DNA of 64,000 nucleotides from a virus. A program made the position numbers and the translations under genes. The notes under the pieces are model-generated. The model was given only the letters and a program-made list of their open reading frames with translations. It did not search any database and was not told where the DNA came from. The stretch covers positions 1 through 64,000 of the IMG/VR virus record IMGVR_UViG_3300046314_000148. One strand, 5' to 3'. This document shows positions 21,274 through 30,451 of this stretch, piece after piece. Every line of letters begins with the position of its first letter. Within the stretch, counting starts at the first letter, position 1.

Positions 21274-24200
21274 ATGAGTTACGCAGGGCTTCACGTTCAC
21301 ACGCACTACAGTTTGTTTGACGGAATCGCCACCCCACAGGAATATGTGGACCGTGCAGTACAGCTAGGCATGCCAGCTATTGCAATTACAGACCATGGAT
21401 CTCTATCTGGTCACCGTGAAATGTACCGTGCCGCAAAGGAGGCTGGCATCAAGCCAATTCTGGGCATCGAGGGATACATCACGAAGGATCGCTTTGATCA
21501 CACAGACAAGAAAGAGAAGAACGATCTTCTCGACCTAAACTACAACCACTTGATTATCTTGGCTAAGAATGCCAAGGGTCTTGAAAACCTAAACAAGCTT
21601 AATGAACTTGCCTGGACTGAGGGCTTCTACAAGAAGCCACGCATTGACTGGCAGATTCTAGAGCAGTACAAGGAAGGCCTAATCGTAACCTCTGGCTGCC
21701 TATCTGGATTCCTTGCAAAGGCTATCGAAGCAGATAACCTAGCTGTTGCTAAAGAGCACATCCAGTGGGCTAAGAAGACCTTTGGGGATGACTACTATAT
21801 CGAGGTTATGCCACACAACCCAGCAGAGGTTAACAAGCTCCTCCTAGACCTAGCCGATGAATTCGGGGTAAAGCCAGTTGTAACACCAGACTGCCACCAC
21901 TCAGACCCATCGCAGAAGGAAATCCAGGAGCTAAAGCTTATCCTAAACTCTTACTCTAACAAAGTAGAGAAGGAGTCAACCTACGAAGGCTCTCAGAAGC
22001 ACGAAGGCCTCATGGAAAAGCTAGACTACCTGTACGGTGCAGACCGCCAAATGTCGTTCAACAAGTTCGAGATTCACTTGCTTTCAGATGAAGAGATGCA
22101 CAACGCTATGAAGGCACAGGGCATTGATCGTGAAGACATGTACGAGTCAACCATTGAGATCGTTAATAAGATTGGTGACTATAAGATCAAGGACCACCAG
22201 GACCTACTTCCAGTACAGTACCAGAATCCAGACCAGGAACTTCGTGACCTTGCTATTGCAGGTCTAGAGAAGCGTGGCGTAAAGACTCAGGAATACCTAG
22301 ACAGACTAGACGAAGAGCTTAAGGTAATTAGCGACAAGAACTTTGGACCTTACTTCCTAGTTGTACGCTCCATGATTACATGGGCTAAAAAAGAGGGAAT
22401 CATGGTTGGACCAGGACGTGGTTCAGCAGCAGGTTCCTTGCTATGCTACGCCCTAGAGATTACAGACATTGACCCTATTGTTCACGGTCTACTATTCTTC
22501 CGCTTTATTAACCCAGAGCGTAATGACTTCCCAGATATCGATACAGATATCCAGGACTCACGTCGTGAAGAGGTCAAGGACTACCTGGTTCGTCAGTATA
22601 AGCACGTAGCGTCTATTGCTACATTCCTGCAGTTCCGTGGCAAGGGCATGGTGCGTGACATCGCACGTGTTCTAAACATTCCACTATCTGACGTAAACAA
22701 GGTTCTTAAGCTAGTTGACGATTGGGACGACTACTGTACCTCTAAGCAGACAGCATGGTTCCGTGAGAAGTATCCAGAGATTGAAACCTATGGAGACCTT
22801 CTACGTGGCCGTATTCGTGGTACTGGAATTCACGCTGCAGGTGTTGTAACATCTAAGCAGCCTATCTTTAAGTTTGCACCTCTAGAGACTCGAACCACTC
22901 CTGGCTCAAAGGACCGCATCCCAGTTGTTGCGGTAGACATGGAAGAAGCAGAGCGTATTGGTCTTATTAAGATCGATGCTTTGGGTCTAAAGACACTGTC
23001 TGTATTGCGAGACACGCTAGACATTATCGAAGAGCGTCACGGAAAAAAGATTAATCTTCTAGATGTTAAGACAGATGATGCCAATGTCTATAAAATGTTG
23101 TCAGAGGGATATACCAAGGGTGTGTTCCAGTGTGAAGCTACTCCATATACCAACTTGCTAGTCAAGATGGGTGTTAAGAACTTTGCTGAACTTGCTGCAT
23201 CTAACGCACTAGTTCGCCCAGGTGCCGCCAACACTATTGGTAAAGACTACATTGCCCGTAAGCACGGTAAGCAGAACATTGCCTACCACCACCAGGTGAT
23301 GAAGGCATTTACCGAGGAGACCTATGGATGTATTCTATACCAGGAGCAGGTCATGCAGGCCTGTACCGAACTTGGTGGAATGACCATGGCTGAAGCTGAC
23401 AAGGTTCGTAAGATTATTGGTAAGAAGAAAGACGCACGTGAATTTGACGCATATCGTGATCAGTTCGTAAAGGGTGCATCCCGATTCCTATCCCCTAACG
23501 TCGCTGAAGAGCTCTGGACGGACTTTGAGGCCCATGCTGGATACTCTTTTAATAAGTCTCACGCTGTGGCTTACTCGACCCTCTCATACTGGACCGCTTG
23601 GCTCAAGTATAACTATCCACTAGAGTTCATGTACTCATTGCTAAAGAATGAAAAGGATAAGGATGCTAGAACAGAGTATCTAATCGAGGCAAAGCGTATG
23701 GGAATCTCTGTCAAGTTACCACACATCAACGACTCTGGAATCGACTTCCAGATCGAGGGTAAGGGTATTCGATTTGGCCTAACTGCTATCAAGTACATCT
23801 CAGACAACATTGCTGCTAAGTACATGGAGCACCGTCCATTCAACTCTTACAAGGAGCTAGAAGAATTCACCTTTGCTAAGGGTAGCGGAGTAAACTCTCG
23901 TGCCCTACAGGCTTTGCGTGTTATTGGTGGTGCAACTTTCCCAGATAATCCTAGGAACGACCAAGAGATTAAAGAGAACCTATACGAGTACCTGAACCTA
24001 CCAGAATTCAACTTCTCGATTCCACAGCACTACTACGCATTCATCAATGACGTAGAAGAGTTCGAGGAAAAGGGTTCGTTCATCCTTATGGGCATGGTCA
24101 AGAGCATCAAGCGAGGTTCTGGTTGGAGCCGAGTGGAGATCCTAGATAAGACTGGTAGCGTGGGCATCTTTGACGAGGAGCAGACAACAATCGAGAGCGG

Positions 24201-24549
24201 AAAGACCTATCTTATTCTTGCTAGCGATAATAGAATTGTAGAGTCAATTCAGGTAGACGACATCGGAAAGGTAGACTCAGCTCTGACTAAGTATCTTAGT
24301 TACAAGACTTTGCCATACAAGGAGGATGAGTTGTTCGTGGTATCATTTAAGCCACGAGTGACAAAGGCTGGAAAGAAGATGGCCTCACTTACTTTGGCAG
24401 ATACATCCCGAGAGCTGCACCCAGTTACAGTCTTCCCTACTGCTTTTCCAAAGGCATATATGAAGATTCAAGCTGGTAACGCCTATAAGTTTGATCTTGG
24501 TAAGACAAAGGATGGCACAGTCATCATGGAAGATGTGGCAAATGTTTAA
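21274..24549 (+). CDS. dnaE: DNA polymerase III alpha subunit
   Basis: PHP motifs HVHTHYS and TDHG; GRGSAAGS; PDIDTD; KIDALGL; FNKSHAVAY. Confidence 0.97.
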   Translation: MSYAGLHVHTHYSLFDGIATPQEYVDRAVQLGMPAIAITDHGSLSGHREMYRAAKEAGIKPILGIEGYITKDRFDHTDKKEKNDLLDLNYNHLIILAKNAKGLENLNKLNELAWTEGFYKKPRIDWQILEQYKEGLIVTSGCLSGFLAKAIEADNLAVAKEHIQWAKKTFGDDYYIEVMPHNPAEVNKLLLDLADEFGVKPVVTPDCHHSDPSQKEIQELKLILNSYSNKVEKESTYEGSQKHEGLMEKLDYLYGADRQMSFNKFEIHLLSDEEMHNAMKAQGIDREDMYESTIEIVNKIGDYKIKDHQDLLPVQYQNPDQELRDLAIAGLEKRGVKTQEYLDRLDEELKVISDKNFGPYFLVVRSMITWAKKEGIMVGPGRGSAAGSLLCYALEITDIDPIVHGLLFFRFINPERNDFPDIDTDIQDSRREEVKDYLVRQYKHVASIATFLQFRGKGMVRDIARVLNIPLSDVNKVLKLVDDWDDYCTSKQTAWFREKYPEIETYGDLLRGRIRGTGIHAAGVVTSKQPIFKFAPLETRTTPGSKDRIPVVAVDMEEAERIGLIKIDALGLKTLSVLRDTLDIIEERHGKKINLLDVKTDDANVYKMLSEGYTKGVFQCEATPYTNLLVKMGVKNFAELAASNALVRPGAANTIGKDYIARKHGKQNIAYHHQVMKAFTEETYGCILYQEQVMQACTELGGMTMAEADKVRKIIGKKKDAREFDAYRDQFVKGASRFLSPNVAEELWTDFEAHAGYSFNKSHAVAYSTLSYWTAWLKYNYPLEFMYSLLKNEKDKDARTEYLIEAKRMGISVKLPHINDSGIDFQIEGKGIRFGLTAIKYISDNIAAKYMEHRPFNSYKELEEFTFAKGSGVNSRALQALRVIGGATFPDNPRNDQEIKENLYEYLNLPEFNFSIPQHYYAFINDVEEFEEKGSFILMGMVKSIKRGSGWSRVEILDKTGSVGIFDEEQTTIESGKTYLILASDNRIVESIQVDDIGKVDSALTKYLSYKTLPYKEDELFVVSFKPRVTKAGKKMASLTLADTSRELHPVTVFPTAFPKAYMKIQAGNAYKFDLGKTKDGTVIMEDVANV

Positions 24550-24573
24550 TAACGAAAATGGAGAAACTAGATA

Positions 24574-25587
24574 ATGGTAATGACAGTAGAAGATGTGCTA
24601 GCTCAACTAAACCCGAAGCTACGCAAGAATATTACAACTGGTGACATGGTAGCTGAAACAGAGTTCCAGGCCCTGCCTAGCTATGGGCTAAACCGTGCAC
24701 TAAACGGTGGACTACCATATGGCAGACAGGTTCTGATCTGGGGAAGCAAGTCTTCCGCAAAGTCTTCACTCTGCTTGCAGATGATTGGAGAGGCTCAGCA
24801 GGATGGCAAGGTTTGTGCTTGGATCGATGCAGAGATGTCATACGACAAGTCTTGGGCAGAAAAGCTTGGGGTAGACACCTCGAAGCTAATCGTATCTCAG
24901 GCACGAACCATCAACGAGATGGTGGATGTCGGGGTACAGCTAATGCATGCTGGAGTAGACCTAATTGTCGTAGACTCGATTACATCACTCCTACCTGCAA
25001 TCTATTTCGAGAAAGACTCTGACGAACTTAAGCAGCTAGAGAACACCAAGCAGATTGGTGCAGAATCTAGAGACTTCAGTAACGCAACCAAGATGCTTAA
25101 CTATGCCAACAACAAGGTTAAGCCAACTTTGCTAGTGTTTATTAGTCAGTCTAGAAATAACATTAATGCAATGTACACTCAGCAGCAGCCAACAGGCGGA
25201 CAGTCTATCAAGTTCTACTCGTCTACCGTAATCAAGCTGTTCTCTTCTGAGTCTGACAACCAGGCAATTAAGGGTAAGATTCACGTGGGAGACAAGCTTA
25301 TCGAGGAAAAGGTTGGTCGCAAGGTACGCTGGGAGGTTCAGTTCTCGAAGACTTCTCCTGCATTCCAGTCTGGGGAGTACGACTTCTACTTCCGAGGTGG
25401 CCTAATCGGCATAGACACCATCGGAGACCTAGTAGATACTGCAGAGATGATGGGCATTGTAGAGCGTACAGGAGCCTGGTACATCTTGCCAGATGGGTCT
25501 AAGGTCCAGGGTAGAGAAGCATTCGTTAACCGTGTAAGAGAAGATGTAGATCTTCAGGACTCAATTAAGGCTAAGATCAATGTCTAA
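24574..25587 (+). CDS. recA: RecA-like recombinase
   Basis: GGLPYGR, WIDAE, VVDSI, PTGGQSIKFYSS, GAWY. Confidence 0.93.
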   Translation: MVMTVEDVLAQLNPKLRKNITTGDMVAETEFQALPSYGLNRALNGGLPYGRQVLIWGSKSSAKSSLCLQMIGEAQQDGKVCAWIDAEMSYDKSWAEKLGVDTSKLIVSQARTINEMVDVGVQLMHAGVDLIVVDSITSLLPAIYFEKDSDELKQLENTKQIGAESRDFSNATKMLNYANNKVKPTLLVFISQSRNNINAMYTQQQPTGGQSIKFYSSTVIKLFSSESDNQAIKGKIHVGDKLIEEKVGRKVRWEVQFSKTSPAFQSGEYDFYFRGGLIGIDTIGDLVDTAEMMGIVERTGAWYILPDGSKVQGREAFVNRVREDVDLQDSIKAKINV

Positions 25588-25750
25588 GTATACAGTTTAT
25601 AATGGTAAGTTCTTGTGCCACACTTGCAAAGATCTAGTGACCAGCCTAAGATCATATCCAGAAACAAAAGAGCTAACCTGGATGTGCAAGGAGAAGCACA
25701 TGACCCGTATCGACCTAACAACCAAGAGAAGCAAAAAAGACTATGAGTGA
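25580..25750 (+). CDS. Small zinc-binding protein (56 aa; missing from the ORF track)
   Basis: MSKYTVYNGKFLCHTCK...WMCKEKH; overlaps the recA stop and the next start. Confidence 0.7.
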   Translation: MSKYTVYNGKFLCHTCKDLVTSLRSYPETKELTWMCKEKHMTRIDLTTKRSKKDYE

Positions 25751-26039
25751 GCGTGGAGAGGCTAGCAAGGTTGGTGCCAAGCAGCATAAGAATTCTGGTA
25801 GAAATACCAAGAAGGGCGACGCCACTTGGCACAACTTCACGGTTGACTTCAAGGAGTACCCAAAGGGGTTCACCGTAAATAAAGACAACTGGGCAAAGGC
25901 AGTAACCGATGCAATGAGAAACCACGCTGACCCAGCAATTTTCGTAGTGCTTGGAGAAGGAAACCAAAAGGTAAGGCTTGCTATAATAGAGGTGGGTATG
26001 CTAGAGCTATTGGTGGAGGGCCAAGTTGAAAATAGATAA
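25743..26039 (+). CDS. PD-(D/E)xK nuclease / Holliday resolvase-like protein
   Basis: NSGR...KGDA...VDFKE motif. Confidence 0.65.
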   Translation: MSERGEASKVGAKQHKNSGRNTKKGDATWHNFTVDFKEYPKGFTVNKDNWAKAVTDAMRNHADPAIFVVLGEGNQKVRLAIIEVGMLELLVEGQVENR

Positions 26040-26655
26040 AATAAGTAATGTACTTACTCAGGATCAGGTACAGAGGATTCTAGATAACATAAGCTATCAA
26101 ATCTCAATTCGCCCAAAAACTGAGCTAGGCACGACATCAGCAGAGACTTCTGTAGAGGCAGACGTAAAGTTCTATCGTGATCAAGGCAGAATGGACCTGG
26201 AAGAAATTGTACTAGACGAAGATATCCAGGCCGTTTTTGACAGCATAGCTTCCAGGTATAATGCAGATCTAAAGCTAATCCCCAATGGAGTAATGTACGC
26301 CAGATATGATGGTTCTATTGGGGATAACCCTTTTCTAGGGCCACACTATGATGGCGGTGATTGTGATTTTATGCTAGATTATCAGCTAGAATCTAATACG
26401 GATTGGGCAATAGGCCAAAACGAAGTTGTTACAGACATGGTAGACAACGAAGCCCTGACCCTATATCCACTATCCAAGCTTCACTACCGTCCAAAGAAGA
26501 CATTCTCCAAGAGCGATTTCGTTACGGCACTTTTCTTTAGATATACTGTTCGTAGCGGAAATGCCCCTGGTATCGAGAAGGATACGTCAGATGACCTAGA
26601 CAGCATTGTCCAGGACATATACAGTAACTATTACTCTGGGCTATACTTAAAGTAA
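26026..26655 (+). CDS. 2OG-Fe(II) oxygenase-like protein
   Basis: LGPHYD...HYRP facial-triad pattern. Confidence 0.7.
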   Translation: MKIDKISNVLTQDQVQRILDNISYQISIRPKTELGTTSAETSVEADVKFYRDQGRMDLEEIVLDEDIQAVFDSIASRYNADLKLIPNGVMYARYDGSIGDNPFLGPHYDGGDCDFMLDYQLESNTDWAIGQNEVVTDMVDNEALTLYPLSKLHYRPKKTFSKSDFVTALFFRYTVRSGNAPGIEKDTSDDLDSIVQDIYSNYYSGLYLK

Positions 26656-26732
26656 AGAAATACTCGTATACCTATTACAATTATCAGATTTTTATGCTAG
26701 AATTAGCTTGTTAAAAAAGATTAGGAAAAAAT

Positions 26733-27557
26733 ATGAACATAAACCCAATGACAGGTGCAATGCCACAGCCAGCAAAGATGCACGAGTATCTGACTGGCTT
26801 TGACAAGTACACACAAGAATTACCAATATATGTAGAGAAGCCATTCTCTGACGACCAGGTTGCTCAGCTTCGCTCAGTTATTGAAGCAAACAGAGCACTC
26901 ATGAACACTGGAGAAGACTACGAGGCTGTTCCTGGAAAGCAGGAGCAGTACTACGGGGCATCAAGATACCACCCTAAGAAGATCGTTCACATGTCACGAC
27001 TACTTATCGAGTTCGACTGTCCACCAGAAGTTCAGGCGGTAATGGATGATTACTGTAAGCCATTGCACAAGGACCCAGTGGTCCTGACACACTACAACTA
27101 CATCGATTACAATATGGAGTATGGAGAAGGCAAGCATGCTCCTGCGTTACCACCACATCTAGATGCAGACGAGAACCTTGTAACATTTAACTATATGATC
27201 GGTGGAAACGTCGATGACTGGACACTCTGGGTAGATGACAAGCCATACGATCTGAAGCTTAACGATGCTGTAATCTTTAGTGCTGTTAACCAGGTACACT
27301 GGAGATCAAAGCGAAACTGGAAGCCAGGAGAGTTCGTAGAGATTGTAAGCTTCGACTATTGCCCTACCACTAACTATAGATGGACTGGCCAAATGAACCC
27401 AATCGATCCTATGCAGCGTCATCAGGAGAGAGCAATCTATCAAGAGGCAGTAAACAACCATCCAAAAATGCAAGAAGCATGGAGCCTCTACAACGCTGAA
27501 GGAATTAAGGACGGGATTCCTCAGCACGAGATTGCAGGTTTTGCAGATGCAGAATAG
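26733..27557 (+). CDS. 2OG-Fe(II) oxygenase-like protein
   Basis: LPPHLD...VHWR pattern. Confidence 0.72.
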   Translation: MNINPMTGAMPQPAKMHEYLTGFDKYTQELPIYVEKPFSDDQVAQLRSVIEANRALMNTGEDYEAVPGKQEQYYGASRYHPKKIVHMSRLLIEFDCPPEVQAVMDDYCKPLHKDPVVLTHYNYIDYNMEYGEGKHAPALPPHLDADENLVTFNYMIGGNVDDWTLWVDDKPYDLKLNDAVIFSAVNQVHWRSKRNWKPGEFVEIVSFDYCPTTNYRWTGQMNPIDPMQRHQERAIYQEAVNNHPKMQEAWSLYNAEGIKDGIPQHEIAGFADAE

Positions 27558-27870
27558 CGATACAACAGGCCAGCAGCCAACCACGTTAGACATGATTAAT
27601 GGTCTTGCAGATATTGCAGACTACATGGATGACAAGGAGCTAACAGAAGCTCTAACCTTTATTGCTAAGATTATTATTAAACCAGACATTCCATTACAGG
27701 TTGCAACTATCGAGATCGTACGCCTGCAAGCAATTGCAGCAAAGATGTCTTTTAAGGCAACATGGATGGCAAACGTAGACAAGGGAGACAGAGCGAAGAA
27801 GAACTTATACTATACTGCTGCAGAATCAATCAATGCACTAGTATCAGCACTTAAGTACATTACTCGCTAA
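27547..27870 (+). CDS. Hypothetical phage protein
   Basis: Helical ORF overlapping the upstream stop. Confidence 0.6.
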   Translation: MQNSDTTGQQPTTLDMINGLADIADYMDDKELTEALTFIAKIIIKPDIPLQVATIEIVRLQAIAAKMSFKATWMANVDKGDRAKKNLYYTAAESINALVSALKYITR

Positions 27871-27876
27871 GGTTAT

Positions 27877-28689
27877 ATGATGGCTAAAAATTTACTAAGC
27901 CAGGTTATGCTAAAGAAGGTAGACAATAAGGTTGCCTCTTTTCTTAACACTGCAGAACTAATTGAAAAAATCAACAGCGGTTATACTATTAATCGTGTAG
28001 ATAAGTTTCAGACAAAGAAAACTTTTGCACCATCAACGATTGCATTTTCTCACGGAGAATGTGCCCGTTATTGGTACATTGCTTTCAGCGGTGCAAACTT
28101 TACTGATAATGCAGATGCCTACGGCGGTGCCAACATGACAGCTGGTACCAAGTCGCACGAGCGTATTCAGGAAGCTATGGGAAATGTCCCAGGATTTCTG
28201 GTGGATTCAGAGTTTAAGATTACATCAGAAGACCCTCCAATCTTTGGTTACGGCGACGTAATCCTGAATTGGGAAGGAGAAGACCTTCTAGGCGAAATTA
28301 AAACAATGCCAAGCGAAGGCTTCGAATACAGAAAGAATGTCGGTAAGCCAAAGCTTGGACACCTAGTCCAGCTACTTATCTACATGAAGATTTTAGGCAA
28401 GTCAAGGGCTGTCCTTATATATGAGAATAAGAACAATCACGAACTATTGATTCTGCCTATTGAGGTAACTAAAGATAGTTACCTAGTTGCGTGGGTAAAC
28501 CAGACATTTGAATGGATGAAGGATGTTCGAAAGGCTTGGGAAAATAAAACCTTGCCAGAGAAGGTCTATCGATCAAATTCAAAGATCTGCAAGACGTGTC
28601 CTGTTCAGGCTGCGTGTGCAGAGGCTGGTGCTGGAGTAATTAAACTCAAGTCCATGGAGCCTATAGATGAAGCATTGTCAATGGTGTGA
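27877..28689 (+). CDS. Cas4-like / PD-(D/E)xK exonuclease
   Basis: C...GTKSHE...GYGD...GEIKT...QLLIYM...CKTCPVQAAC Fe-S staple. Confidence 0.85.
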   Translation: MMAKNLLSQVMLKKVDNKVASFLNTAELIEKINSGYTINRVDKFQTKKTFAPSTIAFSHGECARYWYIAFSGANFTDNADAYGGANMTAGTKSHERIQEAMGNVPGFLVDSEFKITSEDPPIFGYGDVILNWEGEDLLGEIKTMPSEGFEYRKNVGKPKLGHLVQLLIYMKILGKSRAVLIYENKNNHELLILPIEVTKDSYLVAWVNQTFEWMKDVRKAWENKTLPEKVYRSNSKICKTCPVQAACAEAGAGVIKLKSMEPIDEALSMV

Positions 28690-28966
28690 TAGTAACTTCT
28701 CACCAAGAACTTCGTACCAGATCTACTGTTCTGTACCTTGCAGAGACTCTGCAACTAAAGAAAAGATAGCACTGAGATACGAACAAACTCGTAGAGAGCG
28801 TAGAAAGAACAAGGACCGTCGCTGTAGGTTATGCGACGAGTCCTTGTCTATCTATAATGATGAAAAGACCTGTGAAAAGTGTGTCGTAGACCCCAAAGAG
28901 GTAGACAGGGTTCTTAGACAGGTCAAGGGGATTGCTAATGGCAAAACTAAACTCTCTGACCAATAA
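28667..28966 (+). CDS. Zinc-finger protein
   Basis: CQWC, YCSVPC, CRLC, CEKC. Confidence 0.7.
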   Translation: MKHCQWCDSNFSPRTSYQIYCSVPCRDSATKEKIALRYEQTRRERRKNKDRRCRLCDESLSIYNDEKTCEKCVVDPKEVDRVLRQVKGIANGKTKLSDQ

Positions 28967-29516
28967 GCCTAGTAAGCTGCTGGCCATTGATGCCAGCACC
29001 AACAGCCTAGCCTTTGCCTTGTTTTACGGCAAAGAGCTTCAGTCGTTTGGAAAAATACTTTACTCTGGTGCCACAACCTACGACAAGGTACTAGACGCAG
29101 GCAGAAAGACCAAAGCCTTTCTAGATGTATATAAAGACATAGACGCCATAGTAATCGAGCATACGGTGTTTATGAACAGTCCAAAGACAGCTGCTGATCT
29201 TGCCCTTGTGCAGGGATCGCTACTGGGGGCAGCAGGCATGTGTGGTGTAGCTCAGGTAAAGGCAGTTGCACCAATCACCTGGCAAAACTTTATAAATAAT
29301 AAGAAGTTTACTAAAGAGGAAAAACTGCAAATAAAGCAGCAGTACCCAGACAAGTCTGACTCTTGGCTAAAGACTCATGAAAGAAATTTGAGAAAGCAAA
29401 AAACCATTAACTATATAAACATTCAGTATGATAAGATAGTTAACGATAATGACGTTGCAGATGCAATTGGCATCGGACACTACGCAATAAATAATTGGGA
29501 AAGATTGACAAGCTAA
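28938..29516 (+). CDS. ruvC: RuvC-like Holliday junction resolvase
   Basis: LAIDAST, IVIE, DVADAIGIG. Confidence 0.85.
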   Translation: MAKLNSLTNKPSKLLAIDASTNSLAFALFYGKELQSFGKILYSGATTYDKVLDAGRKTKAFLDVYKDIDAIVIEHTVFMNSPKTAADLALVQGSLLGAAGMCGVAQVKAVAPITWQNFINNKKFTKEEKLQIKQQYPDKSDSWLKTHERNLRKQKTINYINIQYDKIVNDNDVADAIGIGHYAINNWERLTS

Positions 29517-29668
29517 TGGCAAAACTGTATACTAGTGAAGCATGGTTAAAGAAGCGGTACTGGATCGACAAGAAGAGTCCAGAAGATATCGCTAAGGAAT
29601 GCGGAACAAGCGTAGAAACTATCTACGTTTATCTTGCTAAATTTAGACTAAGAAGGTCAAAGAGATAA
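29516..29668 (+). CDS. Small HTH DNA-binding protein (50 aa; missing from the ORF track)
   Basis: MAKLYTSEAWLKKRYWIDKKSPEDIAKECGTSVETIYVYLAKF; TAATG coupling at both ends. Confidence 0.75.
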   Translation: MAKLYTSEAWLKKRYWIDKKSPEDIAKECGTSVETIYVYLAKFRLRRSKR

Positions 29669-29925
29669 TGCCAAAACTAACATATAGCCCATCCTACATT
29701 ACCCCAGACGGCTTTGAGGTAAAGAAGGGTGACCTTATAAAGATTCATGGAGAGTATGGGGTACGGTTCAAGTTCCACTCCCTAACTGTAAACGAAGAGA
29801 GCAACTCTGAGTGGGTTGACTGCTTCGAGGTTTTCCGTGGTCAGGTCGGTGCCTTTAGATCATTCAGAACTAATAGGGTAAAGCGTATCCCTACAAGAGG
29901 AAAGAGAGCCAAGCGTGTCGTTTGA
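29668..29925 (+). CDS. Hypothetical protein (SH3-like)
   Basis: Coupled ORF; KKGDLIKIHG motif. Confidence 0.55.
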   Translation: MPKLTYSPSYITPDGFEVKKGDLIKIHGEYGVRFKFHSLTVNEESNSEWVDCFEVFRGQVGAFRSFRTNRVKRIPTRGKRAKRVV

Positions 29926-30451
29926 AGACTTAACAGTAGAACACCTTGACAGTGTAAATAAGGTAGTAGAAAAGTATCTGGCAGGTTCAGATGCTACCCA
30001 AATCTCCAAAGAGCTCTCTATGCCAAGACAGAAGGTTGTCGCCTACATCGACGAGTGGCGTGGCATGGCTGCAGACAATGCAGCTATCCGTGCTAGAGCT
30101 AAAGAGGCTCTCGTGGGTGCAGACACCCACTACTCAAAGCTAATTAGTAAAGCGTACGAGGTTATCGATGAAGCAACAACTGTGGCTAATCTGAATGCCA
30201 AGACTGCTGGCATCAAGCTTGTCATGGACCTAGAGAAGACCCGTATCGATATGCTTCAGAAGGCAGGGCTTCTAGAAAACAAAGAGCTTGCAGAAGAGAT
30301 GATCGAGATTGAGCGTAAACAGGAAGTGCTTGTTAATATACTTAAGGATATAGCAACGGAGCACCCAGAGGTACGAGACAAGATTATGCGTCGCCTATCT
30401 GACGTAGCGAAAGAGCGAGAGGTAATCACAATTGTCAACAATGTTCAATGA
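29915..30451 (+). CDS. Probable terminase small subunit
   Basis: N-terminal HTH plus coiled coil, directly upstream of the terminase large subunit. Confidence 0.65.
   Translation: MSFEDLTVEHLDSVNKVVEKYLAGSDATQISKELSMPRQKVVAYIDEWRGMAADNAAIRARAKEALVGADTHYSKLISKAYEVIDEATTVANLNAKTAGIKLVMDLEKTRIDMLQKAGLLENKELAEEMIEIERKQEVLVNILKDIATEHPEVRDKIMRRLSDVAKEREVITIVNNVQ

Noticed and set aside
27877-28689. Cas4-like gene as a sign of a CRISPR system
   Set aside because: No repeat-spacer array or other cas genes seen; stand-alone Cas4-like nucleases are ordinary in phage recombination modules
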